Source: Deltaproteobacteria bacterium
GTDB lineage: Bacteria > Myxococcota_A > UBA9160 > SMWR01
Length of the DNA stretch: 57,641 nt
NCBI GenBank assembly: GCA_032128375.1
Contig: JAQBGU010000239.1
Span: 1-57,641 of the forward strand
Reading direction: 5' to 3'
Shown: positions 57,240 through 57,641 of the stretch, one piece after another
How positions within the stretch are numbered: position 1 is the stretch's first letter
Layout of the letters: every line of letters begins with the position of its first letter
Made by a program: the position numbers and the translations under genes
Notes under the pieces: generated by a model
Told to the model about the DNA's origin: nothing
What the model saw: the letters and a program-made list of their open reading frames with translations, nothing else
Databases searched by the model: none

Positions 57240-57641
57240 GCGACGATTCTCCGTGCTGCTTCCTGTTTGCCTTGCGCGTTGCGCCTTTGCGCTTGCAGCA
57301 CGGATGCCGGCTCCTGATTTTGTTGGAATCCAGGGCGAGCGGAGCGTCGCAATCCCATCTAGATATCTGTGATCGCCGCCCCAAGTCAAGCGAAAAATGT
57401 GGCGAAGATTGGGATTTTCTTCTGACGCTGCCAGCAGCCTCTTGGCTGCAGATCTCGACTCCTTCTTGAAGTCGGGATGCGTCGTGCCGCGCCCACTTAC
57501 CCGCCTGCTGAGAAGCTCGTGGGGCTGATGGGGGCATGAGGGGAATCGCGGGCACTTTTTCAGCACGTCCGGGTAGGATCGGTGTTTGGAGTCATGCGGT
57601 TTCAGATCCGAAGCGCGGGGATTCTGGGTCGGTCTGTAGCG

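Noticed and set aside
57250..57300. SRP RNA or c-di-GMP-I riboswitch (minus strand has AGGAAGCAGC, GGCAAAC, GCAAAG)
   Set aside because: The SRP helix-8 5' strand (CAGGTCCG) and GNRA loop are missing, and the GEMM elements are in the wrong order.
56841..57566. Minus-strand ORFs of 241 and 195 aa and the 94-aa plus-strand ORF at the window end
   Set aside because: No recognisable domains; they overlap the oxygenase 3' end or run through strong hairpins.

Overview
High-GC, gene-dense stretch of core chromosome from a diderm bacterium. Gene content and order suggest Myxococcota/'deltaproteobacteria' (inference). In order: 3' end of glyA, nrdR-ribD-ribH-nusB, and a stand-alone peptidase-M17 N-terminal-domain gene. 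A ~15 kb chemosensory cluster follows: DUF4388/pseudo-receiver/GAF protein, cheY, cheA, 2x cheW, a 6-TM ~64-heptad MCP, a zinc-ribbon/atypical receiver protein, a HEAT-repeat protein, cheR, cheB, a coiled-coil-GAF protein and a second cheY. Then lptE-holA, rpsT, a TPR/Zn-finger membrane protein plus a second DUF4388 protein, phoH-ybeY-lnt, prfB with its programmed +1 frameshift, lolC/E-lolD and bamA-skp. Next are the lipid A/LPS genes (lpxA, lpxI, gnnA-like, lpxB, waaA, lpxK, kdkA-like, lptF/G, GT9, GT2, hldE-kinase), yicC-remA-gmk-rel and two more glycosyltransferases. The window ends with a queuosine-precursor transporter, a SnoaL-like protein, a two-domain aspartyl protease-PDZ and a carotenoid-oxygenase-family gene. 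I found no CRISPR array, prophage, intact transposase, tRNA or rRNA. The best candidates for undescribed biology are: (1) the chemosensory system, with its unusual receptor and output-less accessory proteins; (2) the TPR-ZnF + DUF4388-pseudopilin-like membrane pair; (3) a LolC/E with a ~240-aa, ~7-TM N-terminal fusion; (4) a BamA with an extra N-terminal domain; (5) two strongly structured intergenic regions (55.5-55.7 kb and 57.17-57.39 kb). All product calls come from motif recognition by eye; no database searches were run.
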